Of a DNA stretch of 64,000 nucleotides, positions 1 through 7,621 are shown piece after piece (positions within the stretch are counted from its first letter, which is position 1; each line of letters starts with the position of its first letter). A program made the translations under genes and the position numbers. The notes below the pieces were generated by a model. That model worked only from the letters and a program-made list of their open reading frames with translations, did not search any database and was not told where the DNA came from. This DNA comes from an uncultured Verrucomicrobiota bacterium (GTDB lineage: Bacteria; Verrucomicrobiota; Kiritimatiellia; RFP12; UBA1067), in contig CAMNBZ010000011.1 of NCBI GenBank assembly GCA_946533675.1, positions 3,278-67,277 of the forward strand, read 5' to 3'.

Positions 1-200
1 TGGACATCGGCGGAGGCATAGCTTGCGCAATGCCGGATGTATACGGAGAACTGGTGCATCCCGAATCCGTCCTTGAGCAGGCTCTTGCGGAACTGCGCCG
101 CGCGTTTCCGCTGGCGCTTCGTCTCTACGGGCAGGTCGAACATGACATACAGCCACATGATCTTGTAGCCGTTAATGGCGTCCTGCGTGCAGAGCGTCAT
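1..200 (-). CDS. cas2: CRISPR-associated endoribonuclease Cas2 (3' end outside window)
   Basis: Manual translation from ATG at 200: MTLCTQDAINGYKIMWLYVMFDLPVETKRQRKRAAQFRKSLLKDGFGMHQFSVYIRHC, with typical type II Cas2 FDLP and QFSVY motifs; ATGA overlap with the cas1 stop. Confidence 0.93.
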   Translation of the reverse strand, partial: MTLCTQDAINGYKIMWLYVMFDLPVETKRQRKRAAQFRKSLLKDGFGMHQFSVYIRHCASYASADV

Positions 201-1090
201 GTCAGCTCCGGAAGCGCGAGGTCGCTCGATTCCTTCTTGTAGTACCTCGCGAGCGACGCTGTTGTCCGAGAAAGTGCGACCATGAGGGGGCTTTTCGCGT
301 CGCCCATCTTCACGTCACAGGTAAACATCTCAAGAAGCCGGGCGCGCATCTCCTTCGTAAGCTCGTCTATGGGAACGTCGAAGGACCGGACCTTCCCGAA
401 TACGTACTGGTCCACAAACGGTCGATAGGGCTCCATTATGTCGTCGGCGAGCGCGAAGGGATTGTAGCGGTTGTGGTGGTGCATTCCACGGAAGCAGACA
501 AGGCCCGATCCAACGATGGCCCGCGCGACTGCGGCGCGCAGGATCGCGTACCCGTAGTTGAGCGGTGCGTTCGGCCATCCGCCGTTGCGGTCTCGGACGA
601 ATCCATCCGGTCCAAGCGACTGGAAGTAGATGCGGGCCGCCTGTGCCTCGCAGTTTGACGGGTCGTGGTTCTTTACTTCGTCCGCAAGTGACTCGAGCCG
701 TTTCCACTGCGTCGCCTTCAGTCTCTGCATGAGTGCCGCCTGGTTTCTGATCTTCTGCCTGACAACGAGTTTCCACAGTCGTCCCTGTACCGCATCCGTC
801 GCCGCAAGCTGCGCTTCCGTAGCTTCAGCCGACACGGTATTCGCGGAGTAGGGGATCAGCTGTGCGGCTGGAGAATGTGTTCTGTCGCAGACGACTACCG
901 CGACGTTGTGCTCCGAAAGGAACTGGAGCGCGGCAGTCGTGACGTCGATCTTCTCCGACTCGAGTATAACGAATCCTATGTCCTCTACGGGAATGGTGCG
1001 GATCTCGCCGTCGGCAGGCGTCCACACAAGCTGTTCGTACCTGAGAGACAGCTTGCCAAGCGACGAGAAGCATAGCGTCCTTGCGATCAT
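197..1090 (-). CDS. cas1: Type II CRISPR-associated endonuclease Cas1
   Basis: 297 aa; EAQAARIYF, NAPLNYGYAILR, HHNRYNPFALADDIMEPYRP motifs; lies between cas9 and cas2. Confidence 0.96.
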   Translation of the reverse strand: MIARTLCFSSLGKLSLRYEQLVWTPADGEIRTIPVEDIGFVILESEKIDVTTAALQFLSEHNVAVVVCDRTHSPAAQLIPYSANTVSAEATEAQLAATDAVQGRLWKLVVRQKIRNQAALMQRLKATQWKRLESLADEVKNHDPSNCEAQAARIYFQSLGPDGFVRDRNGGWPNAPLNYGYAILRAAVARAIVGSGLVCFRGMHHHNRYNPFALADDIMEPYRPFVDQYVFGKVRSFDVPIDELTKEMRARLLEMFTCDVKMGDAKSPLMVALSRTTASLARYYKKESSDLALPELT

Positions 1091-4000
1091 TTGATGAACT
1101 TGATCGAGCCGTCGAGCATCATGCGGAAGTGGATCCCCTCGAAGAGCATCTGACCCAAGAAGACGCCTGGGCTAAGTAATAGCAGCTCATGAGGATTATT
1201 GAAGTCAATGGACGATTCGCCTGCCTTATGCTTGCCTGCGTCAACTAGATCTTTCGCAAGGACGACGCTCGCGCGTGCTTCTATGTGACGGCGGAAGGTT
1301 GTGCGGCCCGTGCCTTCAAACTTTACGACTTTATACAGCCGTTTGGATAACTCGCTCGCATTGAGGTTGCGCACATCGTCGACACTGCCATGTTCTGCCG
1401 CGATAGCCATGGTGCCGGGGAAGATGTAGCCGACAAAATCGTCCATCTTGTCCAGTGGAACGTAGTCGTCCTTTTTGTGGTTCTTGGCCCACAGAAGCGA
1501 ATTGTCTGGCTTGACTGTCATTTTGCCGTCTTTGGCGAATACGCCGAGCCGGAAGTTGGACCCTTCGGAAGCTGTCACGTAGTAAGGTGTCTTGTATGGC
1601 TTTTCCGAAGCCATGTCATGTATCCGAAGCTCCATTGGGTTAGTGGTGTGGGCGTATATCCGGACCTTGTTGACCGGCACTCCAGACGGCATCTTGACCA
1701 TTCCGGGCTCGATCTTTGTGACGCCTTTGGACTTCAGCGAAGAAAGGGTGTCCTTGACTATCTGCCTGATTGCCGGATCAACGATCTTGTCCGCAGTCTT
1801 CTCGGCGTCGGCGATAGGGCCGTCCAGCGGCTTGCGGACGACGAAGGCCTTCTCTCCCGTGTCGGGGCGTTCGATGCATCCGTAGAAGGTGTCCTTGTGG
1901 AGCTGGCCGCGGACCGTGTCGCCGCGGCTCAGGACGTATTTCACCGTCTTGGACGGGTCGAACTTTAGCGGGTGGACCTTTGCGAGCGCGTTGCGCTTTG
2001 AGCTCTGCCTGAGCGTGGTCTGCCTGAGGACGTGCTTGACGAGGATTTCGCCTGCTGCCGCCCTGACCTTGTCCGCGAAGCCGTCATACGGAGGTTCGCA
2101 GACGTCGCACGGACGAATGCCGGCGCCTTTGCCGTCATCTTTGAGTGCGGTGCAGATTGCGTTGAAGCGTCCGGGGGTCAGCGCGGCGATAACCATCGCG
2201 TCCTTGGCGTGGTGCGTGTGCTCCGTGCGGTCTTTGGCCTCGTCCCCCTGTATGCCCCAGGCCTTGCGGGCGAACGCGGTCGCCGCGCCGTTTACCGAGT
2301 GTACGCACGGATAGACGCTGCGCAGAAACTCGACCGCATGGGAGCTCATGATTCCCGTGTCGACGAGCTGTCTGCGCTTGAAGCCGGAGATGCCGTTCAC
2401 GGGGTCAGCGAGCTTGTCGGAGGGGATCTCGAAGCGGCGCAGCTTGTCCCGCCAGTAGTTGAGCTCGAGGCGCGTCCTGATCGCCTTGATGCGGGCGCGC
2501 GAACGGGCGCCGGGGTCGGTGACGCCACGTGCCGCGCGGGTCTGCGAGCGGTAGTTCTTCTCAAGGTCTTCGACCTTCTCGCGCCACGGGGCGAGGTTCG
2601 TGTAGATCTCTGTCTCGTAGTTGGGGCAGTCCGTTGGCACCATTCCGCGCTTGACCTGCCGGTTGTACTTGGCGTCGCAGAGCGTCTTGTTCGCGAGCGA
2701 GTCGTCCCCTGACAGTGAGCGTGGAATTGTGTGCTCGATGTCGAATGCGCTGCCTGAGACGAGGTCTGCGAGCGAGATTGTTTTGTTCGTGTAGAGGCAC
2801 TTCCGTCCCTGTTCCTCCCAGAGGATGTACCGGTCAACGAGTTCCTCCGTTGCGCGGTCGCCAAGCTCCGCGCGCGCTTTGGCGCGCAGCGACTCGCGGT
2901 CCTTTTGCCAGAGCTGGATGGCGTGGCGCGTCGCGAAGTCATTGACGCCGCGTGCGAGCTCGATGCGTATTGTGGTGTCCGCGTCGATTTTGCCATGGTC
3001 GCGCAGGTAGTTGACGAGGCGGCGAAGAGTCGTCATCGAGCGTTGGACGAGCGGGTTGCGGATCATTCCGAGCTTTACGGCGGGGAGCCTGTACGGCCGG
3101 GCTGGGTCGACGGCGTACGCCGAGTCGCCGCGGAGATACAGCTTTTGCCAGGCATCCTCGTCAATGCCCACTTCGTTCAGGAAGTAGTCCTTGTAGAGGT
3201 CCATGAGGCGCGGCGGCTTGCTGCGCAGGGTTGAAGACGTCGAGGACCACGATTCGTCCCGCAGTTTGCGGCACTTGATCGCAAGTTCCGTCATGTGCAG
3301 GACGATTTCGTCTTCGCGCTTGTCGAAGTCGGGGACGACATCGGGCATCTTCGCGAGTAGTCTAGCCATGAAAAGGTCGTATCTCTTTCGAAGGAATCGA
3401 AGTATCTTTCTAATCGCCTTGAGCGAGTATTCGGCGTTTCCTTCCTTCGGATGGATTGCGCAAAGACGGGTTATTCCTTCTTCCGAAAGAGAAGGGTAGT
3501 GCTTCCTGAACCAGTCTTTGAGTTTGTCGTCGTCGTCGAAGAACGAAATGGCGTCGAAGACCATCTGCTCGTCGAACGCGATGTCGCCGAAGGCGCTCTG
3601 CATCTTGTGCCGTGTGCAGCACGTCGCCACTGTGTCGTCAGAGTGGTAGTAGCGGAACTTCAGGCCTTCTTCGTGCAGTTTCTTCTTGAAGAGCTTCGAG
3701 ATGGCGCTGAACTTCATCGTCGGGGAGTCTTTGAGGAAGGCGGAGCATGCCAGCTCCCGGTCGGCGGGGGTCAGAGGGATTCTCTCTTTGCCGTCGTCGG
3801 GCTCGTCGTCGTCGCGTATGAACGAAAGATTGCTCACGAACGCTCGCATGCGGAACTCCTCGAAGTCGGGGTGCCCTATCTGGGCGCGCGGGGAATTTGG
3901 CTCCAGCGGACATTTTCCGACGAGGTGCTTCTGCGAGCGCAGGGGACGCTGCAGGAAGATCGCCTTGTAGAGGCTTTTGTACAGGTCGCTATCGTGGTCG

Positions 4001-4689
4001 ATGCCCTGGGAGGACATGATGACGGCGAATTCCGTCATGTAATGCTCGACGCGGCCGGTGTAGCGCTTGCGTATCCGAGTCTTCGCGACGCTGTTCTTCT
4101 CGTCTTCGATGCGTTTTGCGAAGTATTGTCCGAGCGTCCGGCATCCGGCGTCAGTGATCTCCTTGGTCAGCGCTGCGATGTCGCCCTTGACGGCGCCAAG
4201 TTCCTTGTCGTTTCCTCCGTCCTCGCCGGCGTCTTTTCGCGAGCTCTTGAATCCGCGGCGCTGCGCGATGTGGTAGAGGGCGCGTCCAAGGACAAGCGGG
4301 GGCACCTTTCCGTTTGCCGCGGCCGCGCGGTCGGCGTATGGGTTGGAGGTGTCAGTCGACTTCAGCCAGTCGATGAAGGGTTTGTTGTCCGATGGGTACT
4401 TGCCGGACTTCCTCCAGGCGTCAAGCTCTTGGTGCGACATCGGGCACATGCCGTTGTCGATGAGCACCTTCAGGAGCATCCATTTCCGCATCTTCCGGCG
4501 GAACTTCATACGGCGCGCCATACGTGCCGCGCGGCGAACAGCCGCTGGTGTCTTGAGCGTGTCGTTGGCCGCGTCGATCCCCTCTGGGAAGACGACGACG
4601 CCTTTGTCGAGTATGTCGCCGGTGATGTCGTCGAGAACGGCCCATCCGAGCGAGTTTGTTCCAAGATCGAGTCCTAGTGTTTTTTCCAT
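1087..4689 (-). CDS. cas9: Type II-C CRISPR RNA-guided endonuclease Cas9
   Basis: 1200 aa; RuvC-I GLDLGTNSLGW, Arg-rich bridge helix, RuvC-II IRIELAR, HNH DIEHTIPRS...NKTLC...N, RuvC-III HHAKDA; directly followed by cas1 and cas2. Confidence 0.97.
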   Translation of the reverse strand: MEKTLGLDLGTNSLGWAVLDDITGDILDKGVVVFPEGIDAANDTLKTPAAVRRAARMARRMKFRRKMRKWMLLKVLIDNGMCPMSHQELDAWRKSGKYPSDNKPFIDWLKSTDTSNPYADRAAAANGKVPPLVLGRALYHIAQRRGFKSSRKDAGEDGGNDKELGAVKGDIAALTKEITDAGCRTLGQYFAKRIEDEKNSVAKTRIRKRYTGRVEHYMTEFAVIMSSQGIDHDSDLYKSLYKAIFLQRPLRSQKHLVGKCPLEPNSPRAQIGHPDFEEFRMRAFVSNLSFIRDDDEPDDGKERIPLTPADRELACSAFLKDSPTMKFSAISKLFKKKLHEEGLKFRYYHSDDTVATCCTRHKMQSAFGDIAFDEQMVFDAISFFDDDDKLKDWFRKHYPSLSEEGITRLCAIHPKEGNAEYSLKAIRKILRFLRKRYDLFMARLLAKMPDVVPDFDKREDEIVLHMTELAIKCRKLRDESWSSTSSTLRSKPPRLMDLYKDYFLNEVGIDEDAWQKLYLRGDSAYAVDPARPYRLPAVKLGMIRNPLVQRSMTTLRRLVNYLRDHGKIDADTTIRIELARGVNDFATRHAIQLWQKDRESLRAKARAELGDRATEELVDRYILWEEQGRKCLYTNKTISLADLVSGSAFDIEHTIPRSLSGDDSLANKTLCDAKYNRQVKRGMVPTDCPNYETEIYTNLAPWREKVEDLEKNYRSQTRAARGVTDPGARSRARIKAIRTRLELNYWRDKLRRFEIPSDKLADPVNGISGFKRRQLVDTGIMSSHAVEFLRSVYPCVHSVNGAATAFARKAWGIQGDEAKDRTEHTHHAKDAMVIAALTPGRFNAICTALKDDGKGAGIRPCDVCEPPYDGFADKVRAAAGEILVKHVLRQTTLRQSSKRNALAKVHPLKFDPSKTVKYVLSRGDTVRGQLHKDTFYGCIERPDTGEKAFVVRKPLDGPIADAEKTADKIVDPAIRQIVKDTLSSLKSKGVTKIEPGMVKMPSGVPVNKVRIYAHTTNPMELRIHDMASEKPYKTPYYVTASEGSNFRLGVFAKDGKMTVKPDNSLLWAKNHKKDDYVPLDKMDDFVGYIFPGTMAIAAEHGSVDDVRNLNASELSKRLYKVVKFEGTGRTTFRRHIEARASVVLAKDLVDAGKHKAGESSIDFNNPHELLLLSPGVFLGQMLFEGIHFRMMLDGSIKFIK

Positions 4690-4700
4690 TGATAGCCCCC

Positions 4701-4729
4701 TTGACCGATTTCCACAAATATTATATCAT
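4701..4729 (+). promoter_or_regulatory. Sigma70-type promoter for tracrRNA
   Basis: TTGACC (4701-4706), 17-bp spacer, TATCAT (4724-4729). Confidence 0.6.
4720..4728 (-). promoter_or_regulatory. Extended -10 promoter for cas9
   Basis: Minus strand reads TGATATAAT about 30 nt upstream of the cas9 ATG; matches the TGnTATA(C/A)T motif found throughout the window. Confidence 0.6.
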
Positions 4730-4735
4730 ATCTAC

Positions 4736-4811
4736 GCATCTTATCACAACAAGGCTATATGCCGAAGTCGTTATGAGACTGCGGCCCGGTTCGCCGGGCT
4801 TTTCTGTTTTT
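4736..4811 (+). ncRNA. Putative tracrRNA
   Basis: Anti-repeat-like GCATCTTATCACAAC followed by a nexus-like AAGGCTATATGCC, a small hairpin (AGTC..GACT) and a terminator GCCCGG-TTCG-CCGGGC-TTTTCTGTTTTT; adjacent and divergent to cas9. Confidence 0.75.
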
Positions 4812-4924
4812 AGGAAGGAGGATGTCCATGCACATTTGCCACAGCAGGTGGTGGTGGGATGGCGCGGCAAATCCGCCGCTGTCGGTGGTCGGCTCCGGCG
4901 GCGCTGCTGGGACAACGGGCATCT

Positions 4925-4960
4925 TGCAAAAAGGGTCAGGGGTGCGAGGGTCAGACCCTT
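4925..4960 (-). repeat. REP-like palindrome, GGGTCTGACCC family, copy 1 (with partial duplicate)
   Basis: AGGGTCAGACCCTT at 4947-4960 plus partial AAAAAGGGTCAG at 4928-4939. Confidence 0.65.
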
Positions 4961-5103
4961 GTGATACGGTCGAAGTGATACGGTCAAAATGATTTTGATA
5001 GACGGCTAGCCATGATGAATCTGTGCGAGAATGCGATAGAAAGATGCCGTCGAATCCGTCGGTCGGCACGCCGGCCATTTGTTCGACATAATTCTGCGGG
5101 CCC

Positions 5104-5213
5104 GAACACGCATGTCCGTGATCGTGAACACGCATGTCCGCGTTCGTGAACACGCATGTTTGCGTTCGTGAATACGCATGTCCGCGATTGTGAATACGCA
5201 TGTTCGTGATTAC
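5104..5213. repeat. Five tandem 22-bp repeats
   Basis: Units start at 5104, 5126, 5148, 5170 and 5192; consensus GAA(C/T)ACGCATGT(C/T)CG(C/T)G(A/T)TCGT; no spacers. Confidence 0.9.
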
Positions 5214-5238
5214 GGGCGCGGTTCCCCTGTTTTTAATT

Positions 5239-5485
5239 AACTCCGAGCAGCTGGGCTTTCGTTACCACTTCGCGCAATTCGTTCTGCTTCGCATGTGAAA
5301 TTGTTCTGTAGCTGATGAGAAATGTCTATTTGTGGCTGGAGGAGGTTTCCTTCCGACCACCTCGTGTCTGAAGGCGGGTCGTCTTACCTGCCGAAGGCAG
5401 CCTCTAAAGATGCTGACCCAACCTGAACAGCCGTTGAAAAACGCGAAGCGGCGGAGCGGTCGCGGGAGCCCAAACGCTCGGAGTT
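5239..5485. mobile_element. MITE-like element bounded by AACTCCGAGC/GCTCGGAGTT inverted repeats (family C)
   Basis: 10-bp terminal IR plus further subterminal pairing (TGGGCTTTC/GGGAGCCCA, CCACTTCGCG/CGCGAAGCGG); related to 7293-7499 and 34187-34272. Confidence 0.6.
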
Positions 5486-5587
5486 GATAAATGTCAATGT
5501 TGGTTGGGGCCTCACCGCAATTTTTTTCTAGAGGGGCTAGACCGCTCGCTTTGCTCGCTACGCTAGACCGCCCGCTTACGCGGGCTA

Positions 5588-5614
5588 TGTCAAAAGGGGC
5601 AGACCCTTCTATAT
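5588..5614 (-). repeat. REP-like palindrome, GGGTCTGACCC family, copy 2
   Basis: TGTCAAAAGGGGCAGACCCTTCTATAT; near-perfect inverted partner of 7518-7544. Confidence 0.75.
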
Positions 5615-5686
5615 AAGCTCTACAGTATATGCTTGGCTGTTGGCTGTGGGATGTGGTAGACCGGGGGAGTATGGGGACCTGATTCC

Positions 5687-5876
5687 CAGTAAATTGCCAC
5701 AGTAGCGGGAGTTTGTGATATACTGTTCGGCATGAGACGTTGCAGGCTAGATCTTCCAAACCGGTGCTATCACCTGATCAGCCGCGTCGCCCACCGCGCG
5801 CTTGAGTCTGGAGGATTGCAAGCAGCGAATCGGAAGGGCCGCTGTGACAAGGAAAAACTACTGTGGCAATTTACTG
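5687..5876. mobile_element. Mini-element with perfect 19-bp inverted repeats enclosing a promoter and a transposase 5' end
   Basis: CAGTAAATTGCCACAGTAG (5687-5705) and CTACTGTGGCAATTTACTG (5858-5876). Confidence 0.65.
5732..5800 (+). pseudogene. N-terminal fragment of a RAYT/IS200-like Y1 HUH transposase
   Basis: MRRCRLDLPNRCYHLISRVAHRA resembles the Y1 transposase N-terminal YHxxSR strand; TGATATACT lies 7 nt upstream; no HUH motif or catalytic Tyr follows. Confidence 0.65.
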
Positions 5877-6004
5877 TGGCAATCAAGTCTGCCCCTGTTG
5901 GCTCTGCCAAAGAAGCCCAAGTCGCCGTTGCAGCGCTACAGGCTTCTGCGCAAGGGGAAGGATGTTCTGGCATGAATGCAGACACAGCATATACAGTTAA
6001 TCTT

Positions 6005-6059
6005 ATACAGAAGGGTCTGACCCTTTTAATTTTGGTCTGACCCTTTTAATTTTAATTTT
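6005..6059 (+). repeat. REP-like palindrome, GGGTCTGACCC family, copy 3 with tandem duplication
   Basis: ATACAGAAGGGTCTGACCCTTTTAATTTT + GGTCTGACCCTTTTAATTTT + AATTTT. Confidence 0.75.
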
Positions 6060-6065
6060 AGGAAT

Positions 6066-7016
6066 ATGACTATGCCTTTGCCGTTTCCAAAGTCACATAA
6101 GTGGGGTTATGTAGATGAGTCGGGAATTTTCTGCATCCCACCGCAGTATGATTCAGCAGGCACGTTTAATGATGGTCGTGCAGTTGTAGCGCATAATGGG
6201 GCCAAGGGTGTTATTGATACTGCCAACAAAGTCGTTGTTCCTTTTGAGTATTCGGACATCACGGATTTTGTGGACGGCTTTGCCATGGGGAAAAGGGAAA
6301 ACGGTTCGTCTTGGGTTGTAGTTGACGAGAACGGAACCTTGCTTGCTTCATGTGAATGGGGTTGGAATCTGGGGAGTGGAATGTTTGCCATGTTGAGGAG
6401 CGATGGTTATGTTGTGACGGATGCAAAAGGTGCGGCAGCAAGTGATTCCTGCTATGAAGACGTTCTAGGATTTGTGGGAGGCGACAGACAGATGCTCCAC
6501 TGTAGAAGGAATAGCTTCTTCTGCATAGAGAAATTGCAATGGGCTGTCGATGGTCATTCTGTCGTACAGAAATTTGATTTTGATTTGATGTATGGGTTCT
6601 GTAACGGAAGGTCCATTGTCTGCAAGAACAATCGTGAAGGTGTTGTTGATCTCGAAGGAAACGTTGTCGTTCCTATTGTGTTTGACGAAGTCCAGAGAAT
6701 TGATGATACAATCGAGAGGTTTGTTCTTGTCAAGAAAAGTGGGGCCGATGGATTCTGCTTTTTTGAGATAGACACGGGACGTGTGCTTGACTTTGTCGTT
6801 GAGGATGCTTTCTGCGTTTCCAGCTGCGGTGAATCCCTCTATTGGATCTTGCAGAACGGCATGTGGTCTGTGCTCGATTCAGACTTCCACGTTAGGGTTC
6901 AGCATGTTGGAGATTTTGCGGAGCAAATGACGGAGACCGCTGTGTTGGTTGGGCGGTTTGGCTCTTGGAAGTATTATATTTCAAGTGGCCTGGCGCTTCG
7001 TTGCGTCCCAAGTTGA
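6066..7016 (+). CDS. WG-repeat (KWG-like) protein
   Basis: KWGYVD...IPPQYD...F.DG.AVV and KGVID...VVPFEY repeats; far more AT-rich than neighbouring core genes. Confidence 0.8.
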   Translation: MTMPLPFPKSHKWGYVDESGIFCIPPQYDSAGTFNDGRAVVAHNGAKGVIDTANKVVVPFEYSDITDFVDGFAMGKRENGSSWVVVDENGTLLASCEWGWNLGSGMFAMLRSDGYVVTDAKGAAASDSCYEDVLGFVGGDRQMLHCRRNSFFCIEKLQWAVDGHSVVQKFDFDLMYGFCNGRSIVCKNNREGVVDLEGNVVVPIVFDEVQRIDDTIERFVLVKKSGADGFCFFEIDTGRVLDFVVEDAFCVSSCGESLYWILQNGMWSVLDSDFHVRVQHVGDFAEQMTETAVLVGRFGSWKYYISSGLALRCVPS

Positions 7017-7043
7017 TAGTTGTGTGTATATGAGAATCCCAAG

Positions 7044-7361
7044 ATGAAAAAATGGAGGATAGTCATTGCCAGCGTGGCCGCGCTACTGCTTGCGGCGATG
7101 GTTGTGGTTGTGCTGCGCAACCATCGGCAGCCGCTGCCGTTGCCTGAGCTGCCGGCTGCGCCAGCAGAAGTGCGCGTGAGGGCGATAGAGGCGAAGTCTG
7201 GCACCGGCAAGCCGGTCGATGCCGCTGCAGCGTCCGCCGCCGTCGCGATTGGACGCGGCGATCAAGCGGATAAAGGGTCGGGAGGATATTGGAACTCCGA
7301 CGGCTGGCAAAGAGACTTCACTAACGTTGCGCCCTCTGCTTCGCGCTGTTCAGCCGCATGA
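7044..7361 (+). pseudogene. Membrane-anchored protein N-terminus, apparently truncated by the family C element at 7293
   Basis: MKKWRIVIASVAALLLAAMVVVVLR signal anchor and Pro/Ala linker, then the frame runs into the repeat element. Confidence 0.4.
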
Positions 7362-7499
7362 AATTCGCAGCGACAGCTTGGGGGGCTGGGGGCGGTGCCC
7401 CCAGATAAAGAAAGCATAGTAGGAGGCAATAATCGCGGTTTCGCGACGCGGAGCTAAGGCGAAGTGGCAACGGAGCCAATTTTTTCAACCGTCGGAGTT
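7293..7499. mobile_element. MITE-like element bounded by AACTCCGACGG/CCGTCGGAGTT (family C)
   Basis: 11-bp terminal IR; the reverse complement of the right end (GGCTCCGTTGCCACTTCGC) matches the left end of 5239-5485 (GGCTTTCGTTACCACTTCGC). Confidence 0.6.
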
Positions 7500-7517
7500 T
7501 CTCAAAAGTTCTACATG

Positions 7518-7544
7518 ATACAGAAGGGGCTGACCCTTTTGACA
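7518..7544 (+). repeat. REP-like palindrome, GGGTCTGACCC family, copy 4
   Basis: ATACAGAAGGGGCTGACCCTTTTGACA. Confidence 0.75.
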
Positions 7545-7621
7545 CTCGCAGCACCGCTGAGATGCCGGCCAAAGCCGCTTGCGCGGGCGGGGGTGAAATT
7601 ATGATATACTATTCACCCATT

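Noticed and set aside
4822..4992. 56-codon ORF with a strong AGGAAGGAGG RBS after the tracrRNA
   Set aside because: It runs through REP and duplicated sequence, has no recognisable features, and lies downstream of a terminator; it cannot be supported as a gene.
5104..5213. 22-bp repeats as a CRISPR mini-array
   Set aside because: The units are contiguous with no spacers and share only TACGCAT with the tracrRNA region; the real array is expected beyond cas2, outside the window.
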